From Piromyces finnis finn (lineage: Eukaryota > Fungi > Neocallimastigomycota), in contig MCFH01000006.1 in assembly GCA_002104945.1 (NCBI GenBank), positions 868,001 to 932,000 on the forward strand: 64,000 nucleotides of DNA, written 5' to 3'. The notes below the pieces were generated by a model that worked only from the letters and a program-made list of their open reading frames with translations, made no database searches and was not told the DNA's origin. A program made the translations under genes and the position numbers. Shown piece after piece: positions 44,948 to 60,146 of the stretch (positions are counted from its first letter, which is position 1; every line of letters begins with the position of its first letter).

Positions 44948-47039
44948 TTTTATTATTATTTATAAAATTCTATTAAATATTTATATCTATATTTTAAAAA
45001 AAAACAAAAACCTTTAAATTATATAAATATTAAAAAAGAGAGATTTCTTCTTATATATATGAAAACTCTAAAATTGTGCTTTTTTTTTTAATTAATTCGT
45101 TTATTGATTTACAAGTTTAAACTTTATTAAATAATATTATTTTTGTGGTAAATATAAAATTAATATATTAATGTTTGAAATAAAGAAAAAATGAAAAACA
45201 ATAAAACAATTACATTTAAAAATTGTAAATGATTTTTATTATTTTAAAAATTGAATAATATTTAAAATTTTAATTATTAATAATGTAATTCATGTAATTC
45301 AAATTAGCAATATAAAATAAAATATTTTTTATGTAACACAAGATTTTTAAAATAATAAATACAGTTTAAGGGATGATTAAACAAAAAATATATAACCATT
45401 TTTTACACAATAGGATATATTCAAAGTTAAAGGTTACACGAAATTAACTTTTTTGTTCATTATTAAAAATAAAATAGAATATCACTTATTACCCCTTTTT
45501 TTGTATAAATTAAAATATAACTTTATCATTCATCTTTCATTTTTCTTAACTTTAATAATTAGTATTTCTTTAAAAAAAATTTAATAATACATTGATTTAT
45601 TAATTTATGTTATATATTATAACTTGAAAGTATTATAAAATAAAAATACCAAGTTGTGGATTTATAATTTCAATTTAGGTTTTAATAATTTATTAATAAT
45701 GTTTATAAGTATAATAAATTAAAAAAAATACGAATTCTATAGAGCTAAAAAACAATAGTTTAATATAAAATAATTTTAAAAGATCAATTGAAGTGTCAAA
45801 CTTTAACATGATATATTTCATTGTTTTTGTTATCACAAAAAAAAAAAAAGTGAATGTGAAAAAGATGAATAATAATTGAAAAAATTAGGGACATTATATT
45901 GTAATTAACCTTTAATTTTTTATAAGCATCAAAAAATTTAAATATTATTTATAAATAATGTTTAAATATAAATAATGTATAAATTAATTAGTATTAAAAT
46001 GGTATTTTAATGTAACACAAAACTTTAAAATTAATTGAAATTTTTTAGAAAAGTTTTATTTAAAAATATTTAAATAATTTATTATAATATTAAGAATATT
46101 GATAAAATGGAAAACCAAGTGATGATACACTTTTTTTTAATTAAATAGAATATTGAAACTAGTATATATTTTGATTTCTAATGATCTTTTTTTTTTATTT
46201 TTTTTTTTTATTTTTTTATATAATTAATCAACCTTCATATATTAAAATCGTGAGAATTAATTTATTAATAGTAAATCAGTTTAAAGTGGATGAAAGCATT
46301 TTAATAAAATAACCATGAAAATATCTTTATTATTTTAGGTTTTAAGTTGTATATATTAAATAATTATATTATTTTTTTTTTATAAAAAAAAATAGTAACA
46401 AGGTATTTTTTGATACACCAAAAAAAAATAATAATTATAATAAACAATTATATTTAATATTGTATCACAACTATTTAATATTATATAACTTTCTCTTATC
46501 AAAATAGCTTTCATAATTAAATTTAAGATTTTACTTTATTTGTATATACTTCTCTTCTTTATTTATATATTTTTTTCTTTTTTTTCTTTTTTTATTTAAC
46601 AATTTTTTTAATTTTTATCTATATTTCATTTTTTTTTTTTAAAATTTACATATTTAACATTCTTTTTTAATAATTATATATTATTTATTAAATAATTCTA
46701 TATAATTAATATAAAACTGTATTATATATATGTTTTTTAATAATTCTTTATAATAGAACTATTATCCTCTATAAATTAAATATACATTTTCTTTTGCATA
46801 ATAAATTTGATATATGCTATAAAAATATATATTTATACAAAATACAATATATATATACTTTTTTTTAATTCTTTTGATTCTTTCTTTTTCTTTTTTTTTT
46901 TTTTTAAATATATATATATACTAATCTATTATATTACAACGACATTTTATGAATTTTAGTACATATATATTTCTATAAATGAGAAAAAAGAAAATTTAAA
47001 ACTAAATATTTCTTATTATTTATATTTAGTTTATTAAAT

Positions 47040-48091
47040 CTATAAATTGAGTAGATTAATGAAAACTTCTTCTTCTTCAGCTGATCCTGCTCTAACACCT
47101 CTAGTAACAGTGGAGTGTTCATAACCTTCTTTATAAACATAGCTAATATCAACATTTGGGTTGACACGTTTCATTTGCTTCATTAAATTTAATGCAGATG
47201 ATTCTACTACTGTTTGATCTAATGAGGTATAGAATAAAACAAATTTCTTAGCACCAAGAGATTCTAAAGAGCCATCAGCAAATGGCTTAAAAAGATCAGT
47301 TGGTGAAACATTCTTGGATTGGAAAACTAATTTGACAATGTTTTCAACAACTGAGTTTTCAGTTTCTTTTCCTAAGAATTTATGGATAAGAGAATAATCA
47401 TCGAAATCATATGGACCATTTAATAAAACAACTTTTTCAAGCATTGGAAGTGGTTCTAATATTTTTTTCTTATTCAAATATCCCAATAAAGGCTTAAAGA
47501 TAGTTAATGCAGTTAAGTGAGAACCAGCAGAATAAGCAGAAATGCTAACTCTTTCAGGGTCACCACCGTATTGTTTAATATTCTTAAAGGTCCATTGAAT
47601 AGATTGGTAGATATCATCTACCATATCTTCAAATCCACCTTGTGGGAAAAGAACATAATTTGGTAAAACAGCAACATAATCATTTTCTTCAATAAGAGAA
47701 CCAAATTTAGTGAATTTAACCTTACTTCCAGAGTACCATGAACCACCAAATATGAAAATATAAACTGGCTTTAATTCTTTAGTGTTCTTCTTATCATAGT
47801 AGACATCAAGAGTTCTTCCATTATTGAATTTAATATCACGTCTAAAAAAATATATTACATTATTAATATTTTTATATTATTAATAATTTTTTGTTAAAAA
47901 AATAAAATTATATGAAGGTATATATACTTTATATTCTTAACATTTAAGTAGTTTTTATTATCTCTTATTTGATCTTTTAATTCATTTACGTAATTTTGAA
48001 TTGGATTAGGAAGAGAAATAGAAAAGGCATTACATGAAAGTAATGCAGTTAAAACTAATAAGACTGAAGTTATTAAAGATAAAGTTTTCAT
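47040..48091 (-). CDS. Secreted alpha/beta-hydrolase copy 5, exons 48091-47928 and 47841-47040, about 321 aa
   Basis: Signal peptide ending SCNA; YIFGGSWYSG; AYSAGSH; SLDQTV; GYEHST; same intron position. Confidence 0.92.
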
Positions 48092-49377
48092 TTTTATTTT
48101 TTTATATTATTATTTATTATTATTTTTTTTTAATAATTTATTATTTATTAATAAATAATAAATGATTTTATTAAAAATAGAAAAAAAAAAAAAGAAAAAT
48201 TTCCTTTTTAAATACCTTTCTTGAATACAAGATGACATCATTTTTATTTTTAAATTTTCCTAATAAAAAATAATTTATAGTATTATACATATTTAATTAA
48301 TATATTTTAATTAAAATTACTTTTCTATAATAAATCATATATTGTTGATTTTCTTTTATTTTAATAAATATTAAATTTTTTAATTTTTATAGATATTATC
48401 TTTAATAAACATTTCTATTCATATATTAAATTTGTAAACCTTATTATATATAATAGTCTTTTTTAGTATTTATTTATCGTTACACGAAAATAAAAATGAA
48501 TAGATGAATAATAGCCAAACTTTATAGGAAATAATATAACACATGTTAATATTGAATAATATATAATATTAAAATTTTACTGTTTATATTAATGACAAAG
48601 GTAAAATTATAGTTTTTCATTTTTACTAAAATTTTCTTTTCATTAAAAATAAAATATTAATATTTAATGTAACACTAAATCTAAAAAAATAATTTAACTC
48701 AGGAAATAATTAAAATATAATAATCTTACTAAAGTAAAATATAAACGATAATTTGAAATATATTAAAAATGAAAAAAAAAAAAAAAGGATCAAATTAAGT
48801 TTAATATTTTAGAAGGGCATTAAATAAATAAACAAATAAATAATTAATTTATTGATAATATTAAATATAATTAGAAAGAAATGATAATAATAAAAAATTA
48901 AAATTAGGATAAATTTTGTATATGATAAAAATGGGATATTTTTTAATATTATTAATAATGAAATAATAATTATAAAAACTTTATTAAAAAGCAACTCACA
49001 TTAATTTGGAAAAACGATATATTAAATATGATAGCTATTTAATGTTTTTGTATTTTAGTATTTATACTTAATAATTGAAGCCATTATTAATATGTATATA
49101 ATATTTACTAATTTACTAATTTTTAGTACTTTGTATATCATTGCTAGTTAATAATATCAAAAAAAATATGTTTTAGTTTTTTGTTATATTATAATAAGGA
49201 TTATAATACATTTTTATTTTTAAAATTTTGTTTTTTAAAAATAAAAATAATTTGTATTCACTTAGAATAGAAAAATGATTTATTAATTAAATTTAATTTA
49301 GATTTTCATTATTATCATTATAATATTGGTGTAACTAATTAGTATATCAATATTTCCCATATAGATTGAAAGGATTA

Positions 49378-49415
<38 letters not shown>

Positions 49416-50705
49416 TAAGCAAACAGTTTATTATTTATTATTTATAATAGTGTAGTATCAATATTGAAAAGATTAATATTATTAAATTAATTGATGTAAT
49501 TTAATGATAATAATAACAAAATAAAAAAACATATTATTTCTATTATATTAAATTTTTACCATAGATCCTAAAAATACTAAAAATATAAAATTTAAAAATA
49601 TATCCATTTATTTTAAAATAATTATATATTATATTATCATGATATCATTATATTATTACATTAACTATCACTAAAAGTAGTAACATTGTATTTTTTTAAA
49701 CGATGACTATAATGAACAAATAAATATAACATATATAGTTATTTATCTATTTATTATTAGTAGTAATAATATTGTGAAACACATTTGAATTAAGAAAAAA
49801 AAATTATAAGAATTAATATATTTAATATTAAAACATTAATGAAAGAAAACAACTATATATTACTGTATATTGAATAAAAAGATCGAAATATTCTCTAATT
49901 CTCATTGCTCTTCATATTAATTCCTATTAATTAATTCAATATAATTTTTTGCCCTATTTTTACAATATATACTAATAACAAAGTAATTTCTTGACTGTAA
50001 CAAATATTAATATTAAAAGTAATTCTTAAAATCTAGTGAGTCTTATTGGTATTAAAGAATAATAAAAAAATATAATTACAAGATTTTGTTGTTAGGCCTT
50101 TTGTCATTATGATCCTTATTTTTCAATAATCTTTATTAGTTTTAATAAGTTTTACATCTATACAACATATAAAATATTGTTCTGTAATCCCGGAATAGTG
50201 TGATAGGGAGGTATAGAATGACTGAAATATTTGATAATAAGATTTGACTTTCTTCATTTAATGAAAAATTTTACATGTTGAAAAGCATTCCTATAAGTAA
50301 AATAATTCTTAGAAGTAATAAATGGTTTTATTTTATTTTTATGATTAAAGATATTAAATTCTTTATAATAAATTGTGTTAATGAGTACTTAAAGTTTTAT
50401 CCTACAAGTTCTTTTATTATTGAAGTTAAGTAATAAAGCATAATAGGAAACTTAAATGAATATGAAGGAATAAATAATAGTATTCATCAGATATTCTAAT
50501 AAACACAAAGGTGAAAGAAAGAATTATTAGAATTAATTTTTTTTTAAAAAAAAAAAACAAAAAACAGTTTTAATAAATAAATTTAAAAAATCATTTAATT
50601 TATGATTTATTATTTTTTAAACTTTTATTTATAAATCTTCATAGGTTTTATCAGGTTAGGTTTTTCGAATAATGTTAGAAGTAATAGTTTTTTTTTTAAG
50701 GATTT

Positions 50706-50923
50706 TGTCAGAAATGAATTTACACTTATATTTATAAAATTATTTGGGTTTTATAATCTTTTATTTATTTATTTTTATTTTTTATATAAATATTGTAAAT
50801 TTCTTAAATCTTTTTAAAATATCCAAATAAAAAAGGTGGTACAATATTAATTTATAATTTTTATAAAATACAAATACATAACAATTACATAAATATTATT
50901 TTGGAATGTATTTTATTTTCATA
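50706..50923 (-). mobile_element. Diverged solo LTR of the same copia family as 2502-8501
   Basis: tgtcaga...tacactta...tatttgggttttataatcttttatttattt...gtacaatattaatttataa...atacaaatacata...gtattttattttcata is colinear with the 235-bp LTR. No PBS or PPT beside it. Confidence 0.88.
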
Positions 50924-52181
50924 CCTTATATGTTTATCGGGTTAGGTTTTCTAATAATGTTAGAAGTAAGAAGTAATAGCGTTTTTTTTTAAAGATTTTT
51001 TCATTGATTTTTAATATATAATAAATATTGATTAATTGATGATAAATATTTTTATAAAGGATTAAAGAATTTTATTAAAGGGTTGTTTATGTAATTTTTC
51101 AGGGTACATCAAATAAATGAAAGTAAAATGTCTATGAAGAATAAGTATTGCAAATAACAATCGCTATAATGTTATTTTTATTTATTTATATATATTTTTG
51201 TCTCTTTAATATAGAAATTTTAATATTATGAAATTAATTAAATATAAATATAATAGTTGAACAATAAATAAAAGTGGAAATAATGTATAATATATTCTAA
51301 TAATTTAAATTAAATGTAAGAAAGGCAATCATTAAAGCTGAATATAATAATTAAATCTTGTTTCGACGAATCAAAATCAAAATTACTTAAAGACAAAAAT
51401 ATAATTGATCTTAATAATTCTGAACTTACTGTCTTATTCCTTCAAAATTAATATTCTTAAATATATTTATGAACATAAGAAATATATGATAAGAAATGAT
51501 ATAATATTGTCAATATTATCAACAATTTATACAAACTAAATTTAAGGATTTTAGAAACATTTTCAAAAATTAAAGGTGTAAATAGAAATTATATACTTGT
51601 GTTGTTTTTAAGTAAGGCTTGAACAGAAAATAAAATCCCAATTCCAGAAGAAGTTATATCGGCCTTGTTAAAGAATGAAATATATTTATAACTACGAAAA
51701 GTAAAATACAAAGAAATAAAATTAATCTTATCTACTATCAACCTATTATCAAGAGAAGAATTATATTAATGTAGGAATAAAGAAGTTATTGAATTATACT
51801 TTTTTGAGGATTATCAAATTGTTGTTTCTGTTGTTGATTTTGCTGAATGCATTATTAATTTAATTTTAAATAAAATTACCTACAATATTAATAAATAATT
51901 CATAGAAAATAAAAAAGTATATTCTTTATCTTTAATTATTTATTATAATTGTAAATAATTTTATTTAATTTTAGTCATACTATGTTTTTTAACATTAAAA
52001 TTATATTAGTTTCAAACATAATATATCTACAATAATGATAATATTATTTTATTTTTATATATCTATTTTATTAAGTTTTAGTACTATAAAATTAATAATT
52101 TAAATAATTTTTTTTTATTAAAAAGTATTAAACTAAAGTATATTACATAATTTTCAAAAATAATAGTATTTTTTATTAGAT

Positions 52182-53245
52182 CTATAAATTAACTAAACTT
52201 AAGTAAACATCTTCTTGTTCAGGGGAGCCAGCTCTAACACCTCTAGTAAGTGTAGTATGCTCATATCCTTCTTTATATACATAATTGATGTTTACTTCTG
52301 GGGAAACACGTTTCATTTGTTCAATTAAATTTAAAGCAGATGATTCTTGAACCTGTTCATCTAATGAAGTGTAGAAGAAGACATATTTTCTAGCACCAAG
52401 AGAACTTAAAGAATTATCTGCAAATGGTTTTAAAAGATCTGTTGGTGAAACATCCTTTGATTGAAAAATAAGTTTAACAAGTTTTTCAACAATTGAGTTT
52501 TCACTGTTACCGAAAATTTTTATAACATTGGAATAGTCGTCAAAATCGTATGGACCATTTAATAAAACAACCTTTTCAAGCATTGGTAATGGTTCTAATA
52601 TGCTATTTTTATTGGTATAACTTAATAATGACTTGAATATAGTTAAAGCAGTTAAATGAGATCCAGCAGAGAAACCTGAAATACTAATTCTTTCTGGATT
52701 ACCACCATATTGTCTAATGTTTTTAAAAGTCCATTGGATGGCATTATATATATCATCTACCATATCTTCAAAACCACCATTTGGAAAGAGAATATAATTT
52801 GGTAAGACAGCAACGTAACCATTTTCTTCGAGAAGCTGACCAAATTTAGTAAATTTGACTTTGCTTCCAGAATACCAAGCTCCACCATATATGAAGATAT
52901 AAACAGGCTTTAAATTCTCTGTATCAATTTTATCATAATATACATCAAGTTTTCTTTCATTATTAAATATAATATCACGTCTGAAATAATAACAATATAT
53001 ATATTAGTGTTTATGTTTTATATTTAATATAATTATATAATTATATAATTATATAAATAATAAAAAATTATTATATCATACTCTATATTTTGAAAACTTT
53101 CATAGTTTTTATTATCTCTTTTTTGATCTTTTAATTCACTTATGATGTTTGATGATGATGATGATGATGAAGAAAGAGAAAATGCATTACATGAAAGTAA
53201 TACACTTAAAGCTAAAATTAATGTAAAAAATGTAAAAAATTTCAT
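52182..53245 (-). CDS. Secreted alpha/beta-hydrolase copy 6, exons 53245-53082 and 52980-52182, about 320 aa
   Basis: Signal peptide MKFFTFFTLILALSVLLSCNA; FIYGGAWYSG; canonical GFSAG elbow; SLDEQV; GYEHTT; same intron position. Confidence 0.92.
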
Positions 53246-54420
53246 TATTATAAAATTTTTTTTCAAAATAAATAAATAAATAAATAAATAAATAAATATA
53301 TAAATAAATAGATAATTTAAAATAAAAATAAAGAATTTTTACTTTTTATATATTTTTTCAAAACTTTATATATTATAAATTATTTTAGTTTTTTTTATTA
53401 AATTTATTTTACCATATTATTTGTTAGTTTTTAAATTTAATTAAATCAGTGTAGATCTTTGCAATAAATTAAAATTTGTAACTTCATTGATTAAAGAATT
53501 CAATTCAATTTAACATGAATTTATTATATTTATAATAATAAAAACTTACTATTTTATTACATTTTATATATATTATAATTTATTATTAAGTGATACTAAA
53601 AAAATATATAATATATAAATTATATTATCCGCTACAGAAAAAAAAAAGGCTACTGTTACACATATTATATTTGATTCTTTTATTTTGTAGAATAATAAGA
53701 TGAAATTATTTTAATTACTTGTTTAAAAATTACCGCCGTTAATAAGAATAATACATTTGAAACTTTTAATAAATTTTTGTATTATTTTTTATTTTCTATT
53801 TTTGTTTTTTAAAAAAATTATTTGTGTTACAAATACGATAAAGGTTTTTTTTTTCTATTTCAAAAATTAAAATATTATTAAAATTTTGATATATTGTATA
53901 ATTTAAAAAACAATATGGTTATTAGTAGATCAGTTTCTTTCATCCTTTTTTTTTTTTTAAATTATGAAATAGTTCCTTTTTATTTTTTACACAGGAACTA
54001 TTTCAGAGGTTATTTTTCATCAATAATAGTTTTTCTTATAAATTAATTAAAATATTATTAAATTAATGCGCATTTAAATACTAAATAATTCAAAAAAAAA
54101 AAAAAAAGAACATGAAAATTTGTGAATTATTATTATTTTCAGTTTTAAGATGATATGTCATCATTAATATATTAATACGCTGTTTCCAAACTTAGAAATA
54201 TGACTTTTTTTTTTTTTTTTTTGAAATATTGTTTATTTATAATATTCCATACATTTACTAATTCACATTCACATGTTAATTTTAAAAATTTAATAATTTA
54301 TAAATTAACTAATCCTCCTTTTAAAAAATAATATTAAAAAAGAAACGGAATATATAAAAAATAAATTATTTTTTATATTTTATTTTGAAGCAAAAAAAAA
54401 AAACAATGATAAAAATAAAA

Positions 54421-54483
54421 TTTTTTTTTTTTTTTTTTTTTTTTTAACGGCATCAAATATTTTAAACTTTATTATTAATTTAA
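54421..54483 (-). mobile_element. Extremely 5'-truncated copy of the non-LTR family (about 38 bp plus poly(A))
   Basis: (T)25 aacggcatcaaatattttaaactttattattaattt is the exact reverse complement of the 36428 copy terminus. Confidence 0.85.
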
Positions 54484-54880
54484 ATATTATTTTTGAATAA
54501 CCAACCAAATATAACGAATAACAGTATATTAAAAAAATTTTTTTTTCTTTTTCTATTAAAATATGTAATTTATTGATTCTTTTATAGATAATTTTGAAAA
54601 ATAAGTATTTAGAGATAATTTTTGTTAATATATTTTCTATGTTTATTAAGAAGTAATAAATTGTTTTCTTTTTACTATCAATTTTCTTTTGTATCTTACT
54701 TTTTATTTTATCAATTATATTTTTGATTTTATTTTAATTATAATAATAATAATATTAATAAAAAAAAACAAACCAAAAAAAAAAAGGAATTAATTATAAA
54801 TTTAGAAAAACATTATCTAATTTATGATAAAAATTAGAATTTGTATAGTTATTATTAAATTTAATTATTTTCTATTTCTT

Positions 54881-57241
54881 TTAATGACAGACGCAATGTT
54901 CTGGATAAATTAAAACCTCTTCACATGAACGATTAGGTATTTTACGAAGAAGAGATTTACCCCAGATTATTGTACCATTACTTGTTTCAGTTTCAGCTTC
55001 TCTTTTAAAGTATTCATTATTATCATTTAAAAACATTGGATTTGTAATGTTATTGAATTTTCTATTTTCTTCATTTAAGTCATTACGTTTACGAATACTT
55101 ATTTCTTTACCGTTTAGCTTAGCTTCTGAAAGGTCTATTCCAGTACCACCAGCTTTTTCTCTTGGTTCACGAGATATATCAAAATCTAATAAATCTCTAA
55201 AAGTGGCATAAATATCATAAGCTGTAATTAACTTTTGTTCATTTTCTTCTAGATTTTTTTTTATTTCAGGATATTTATTTAAAAAGCGTTCAGGTATAAG
55301 TGTTGTAAACATTGGCAATTTATGTTCTGTAGCTCCTTGTTCAGAAAATGCAAATGAAAAACCCATATGTAATCCATGATCACTCATAATAACAATTGCT
55401 GTACGATTTAACATTTCATCACTTAATGAACCAAAAAAGGTTTCCAAATCATCATCCATTAAGCCTAATACTTCAGATGTACTTTCGTGTCCTTCGATGT
55501 AACTAGAACGGAAAACCCATGGATTGGTACCATCATAAAGATCAATGAATTCCTTTGTATAGCTTAATGCATAATTATGTACATATTGTCCAGTAATGCA
55601 ACGTCTACGAAGAGAGAAAGGTCCTTTGAAATTACCATATGCTAATCCATTACGTTCGTGATATTCTGGTAAACAAAAAGGTGCAAGTAATTCATGATCT
55701 AAATTAACAGTAGTATGATTGTTATAAATTGTATCTTATAAATTAAAATATAATATAAATATGATATAGAAAATTTTAGATAAATTTAACATATATATAT
55801 ATTAATATTTTTTAATAAATATGTTATTTATATATATTTTAAAAATAAATATTAAAAAAATACCCCAATCTTCACAAAGATCATCAGCTACACCTGCAAC
55901 ATATCCTCTATTCCTATATTCTTCCCAAATTGGAATACCTCTTTGATCCTTATTTAACTGTAATCCAGTAAATAAACCTAATGAATTTCTTCTTGTGTTA
56001 AAACCTATAATACCATAACGGAAGAATTGATTTAAGTGTGTAATTCCAGAATTATGTAAACTTTCTAATTTTTTTACAGTTTTTGGAAGATTACGGAAAA
56101 ATTGTCTACGAGATACTGCATCAAAGTACATAATTAAAAGGTTTAATTTATCTTCTGGTTGTTCTTCTTTTGCTGGATCAACTCTTCTACCAGCTAATCT
56201 AGTAACTAATTTGCTTTGTTCACCACAAGTAACATAAACAGCTTCAATATTTTTTAATTCAACTGGCTCGGTATAGGTATATTCTTTTTCATTCATTTTA
56301 TCTACAACGTTTATTTTCATATCATTTACTTTCTCTTCATATGACATTAAACGGGTTTCTGGTAAAATTTTGTAAGTTATTTTTTTCTCTGAACAACCAT
56401 TGACAACTAATTTATTATCCTTAGATGCATCAAAAAATGCATCAAATTGTTCTTTTCTTGAACAACTTTGAGGTCCAGTCCAAACATTTTGAGTACCTCT
56501 TGGTAGTAAATCAAACCAAGTTATAGGTTTCTTTATTTTACATAAATTATCACCATCTTCCATTTTTTTGTTTATATATCCATTACCCCATATATTAATA
56601 TAATGCTTTAAACTTATAAATTCAATTATACCAAAGATAATAATAAAACAAATTAATTGAATTGTAAACCATTTTTTACCGGCAAATTTAAACCAAAAAT
56701 ATAATATTAAAGCTATAACATTACCAATAACAAAAAATATAGAAAATGCTATAAAGTTGTATGTTCCATGTTTATCAAACATTTGACCATTATCATATAA
56801 TAGTACACCTACTATAGATATAATGTCAATTAAATAAAACACTAATTTTTGTTTTAATGAAATTGGTGTTTTTGTAATAGTCCATAAAGTTATACTATAA
56901 TTTAAGCAAGATATAAAAAGAAGTATTCCAAGAGGTATCAAATGACTTTGAATATATTCTAGATCACCACCTTTTAAACTCAACTTATAAAACAATAAAA
57001 AAAGTATATATGTTACACCTAAAATTATGTATCCATATTTAATTTTTCTTTTTAAATTGTTCTTTTTTTTTTGGTAATTTAAATCATCTATATCTTCGAT
57101 GCTATCTGAAGAATTTGATAATGTTTTATCTATATTATCGATGCCCTTTAAATCCAATACAGATTCATTCTTATCAAGAACAGTATCTTTTTCATTATTA
57201 TCTATTTTTTCAGTATTACTTAATGGTAAGTATTCTGCCAT
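54881..57241 (-). CDS. DUF229-family alkaline-phosphatase/sulfatase-superfamily membrane protein, exons 57241-55864 and 55734-54881, about 743 aa
   Basis: FDAVSRRQFFRNLPKT, GFNT, EGHE, IMSDHG, EHKLP, LITAYDIYATF; five hydrophobic N-terminal segments; the phase-1 intron keeps frame. Confidence 0.85.
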
Positions 57242-59350
57242 AATTATATATAATTATTATTTTTATTATAAGTTCTTTTTTATTATATAATTTTTTTTAT
57301 TAAATAATTTTTTTTTTTTTTTTGTTTATAACCTTAATTTTTTGTTTATTTATAATTTTTTTCCTTCCATTTTTTTAATAAATAAATAAATAAATAATAT
57401 TACAGAAAAAGCGTTAGAATATTCTAATATGTGCAAAATGTATTTTGATAGGTTGATAGGTAATATATTTAGACAGCTAAAATATTATTGGTTCTAACAA
57501 TATATTATTATATGAAATTTGTATATATAATTAATTATTAATAATGTAAACTAATAAACTAATAATAAATTAATATAGTTTTTTTTAGATGAATTATTGG
57601 AAATTTCTAGATTATGGGTAAAAAAAATTTTTTTGGGATAATTCAACTGATTCCCTTACATAACTAAATTTCTATTGTTGTCTTCATAATTTATTTTTTT
57701 TTTAACTATATACACATTTTTTATATCTATTAGAGTTTACAGTAATCTTAGTGGTGGTTCTTGGAGAAATGCTGACTATTTCCTATTGTTATATATGTTA
57801 TATAGACATAATATAAATGTATTTATTCTCATTAGTTTTTTTAATCTTTAAATAATACTTGGAATAAATATTTTTATTATAAGAATAAAAAATATGCATT
57901 TCTATATGGATATATATATATATACTTATTTTATTTGATCATAGTTTAAAAATTAAATTTCATATTTTGGTGAAAAAAAGCTATAGAATTAATTGTTAAT
58001 AAAAAATAACTTTAATAAAAATAGAATTTATTCATTGTTATTTATTATGTATATTTTTAAATGCTCCTTAATCATTTACATAACTAATAATTATTGTACG
58101 AATTTCAGTAATCATATAGTTAATTTTATGTAAAAAGAATTTAACTTTAAAAATATATGTTTTATTTTTAACTTTATTTATTATTTCTATTCTGTCTAAA
58201 TACTAAAACATTAATTCTGTCGTTGTTAACTATTAAAACTTTAACTAAAACAAAAGCCTCCTTAATTATCCCCTAGTCTATTTATACTAATGAGGCTTAC
58301 TTAATAACTAATTGTCCAATTATAAGGCTGAAATTATATGGATTATACATTTACATTATTCTTTTACTTTACATTAATCATACATTTGTATTACATTCTT
58401 ATATATATTATAGAAATATAGAAATAATTAATAATATAATTATAGCTATAAATTTAATATTAGGAAAAATTGACTAATATAATAATTTGTTCAAGTCACA
58501 TATTATTTTTATATCACTTTAAAAATGAATATTGTGTTTTTGGCTTGTTTAATTGAGTACCATAACTCAACCCATAAAAAACCCATCATCTACAGGGACC
58601 GAATTAGTAATTCATAATATGTTAAAATATATTTGAATTGTAAAATATTACAATAGTTTATTTTGTAAATTCAAAAAATTAAGTTTTTATTTTATGTAAA
58701 TTCCATATAATATGTTTTAATATAATAAATTTATATATTTTTTTAATTAATGAATTTTTAAAAATTAATTAAATTATTTTTAAAATATTTGAATTTTAAA
58801 AAAATGTTAAACAATAAATAATAATCATAGAAATAAATAAAATAAAATAAAAAGTAAAAATAAATATTTACCATTTCAATTGTATCATCCATTTAAGCCT
58901 TATGTAATTATTAAATACAGTATTAATTATTTATATTTATGTATAAGAATTTTTATATATAAGAATTCAAATCAAATAAAAAATATACTTGAAATACGTT
59001 ATACAAATATACGTTATATTTCTGAATATTAACAATTGCATTTATTGCTACTATTTATTTAAAATTTATTTTTTAAATAGGTAATAAAAATAAAATAAAA
59101 ACATTATCTTATAATATAATTCATTATTATACATACTTCAAATTCAATATACATGTGAATTAACAATTAAAAATTCTAATCTATTAATCAAAGTCCAAAT
59201 ATTAATCATAAATCCATAAAATTTAAATAAAAATAAAAATAAAAAATAATAAAAAAACTTCTAATTACATATAATTATATGTATTTATTATTGTTATTAT
59301 TAATTAATTTATATATATCAAAAATTAAAAAAGGAATATAAGTAATAACC

Positions 59351-60105
59351 ATGGAACACATTTCTACAGAATTTGAAAAATTAGTGAAAAAGCAGAAGCT
59401 TACTTGTGATCAAACACAAGTTAATATTGACAAACTCATAAACCAAATTAATGACGCAAAACAAAAAATTGAAAATGATAGTAGTCAATCTAGTACCACT
59501 TTAACAATTTTAACTAGTAAACTTAAAACCTTATCTTCTCAAGTAATTGATAATCATAAAGAACTCCATTCAAGTATTTCAAAGTATTCAAAATCAATAG
59601 ATAAAAAATTAAAAATCAATTTGGATACAATATGGAAACCAAATGTTCTTTTAGGAAAGGAAGATATTTTAAATTCTATTTTAATGTCACATTTTGTACG
59701 TGAAGGTCAATTTGAATTAGCAGAAATTTTTAGTAAAGAAAGTAATATTCCAATTTCAGATGAAATGAAGAATCAATTTCAAGATTTATTTAATATTGTA
59801 GAAGCTATAAAGAAAAAAGACTTAAAGCTAGCTTTAAATTGGGCTTCAGAAAAAAGATATTTATTAAAAAAAAATAATTCTAATTTAGAATTTGAACTTC
59901 ATAAACTTCAATATATTCAATTTTTAATTAGTGGTGATACCTTTTCAGCTATACAGTATGCAAAGAAAAACTTTAGTCTTTTTAGTGAAACTAACTTTAA
60001 AGGTTTTTATTTTTATATTTTATATAAATTATTATATTAATATATATTAATAAAAAATAAAAAAGTAAAATTAATAATATAAATATTTATTGTTATCTTT
60101 ATTTA

Positions 60106-60146
<41 letters not shown>

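Noticed and set aside
51300-51850. Decayed ORF with an SYIG motif suggesting a GIY-YIG nuclease
   Set aside because: Many stops, wrong motif spacing and no other family residues; at most an unassignable relic.
58254-58610. Short hairpins (AAGCCTC/GAGGCTT; TTGAGT/ACTCAA) between DUF229 and RMD5 as an ncRNA
   Set aside because: Stems of 6-7 bp only; no snoRNA boxes, tRNA cloverleaf or Pol III signals recognised.
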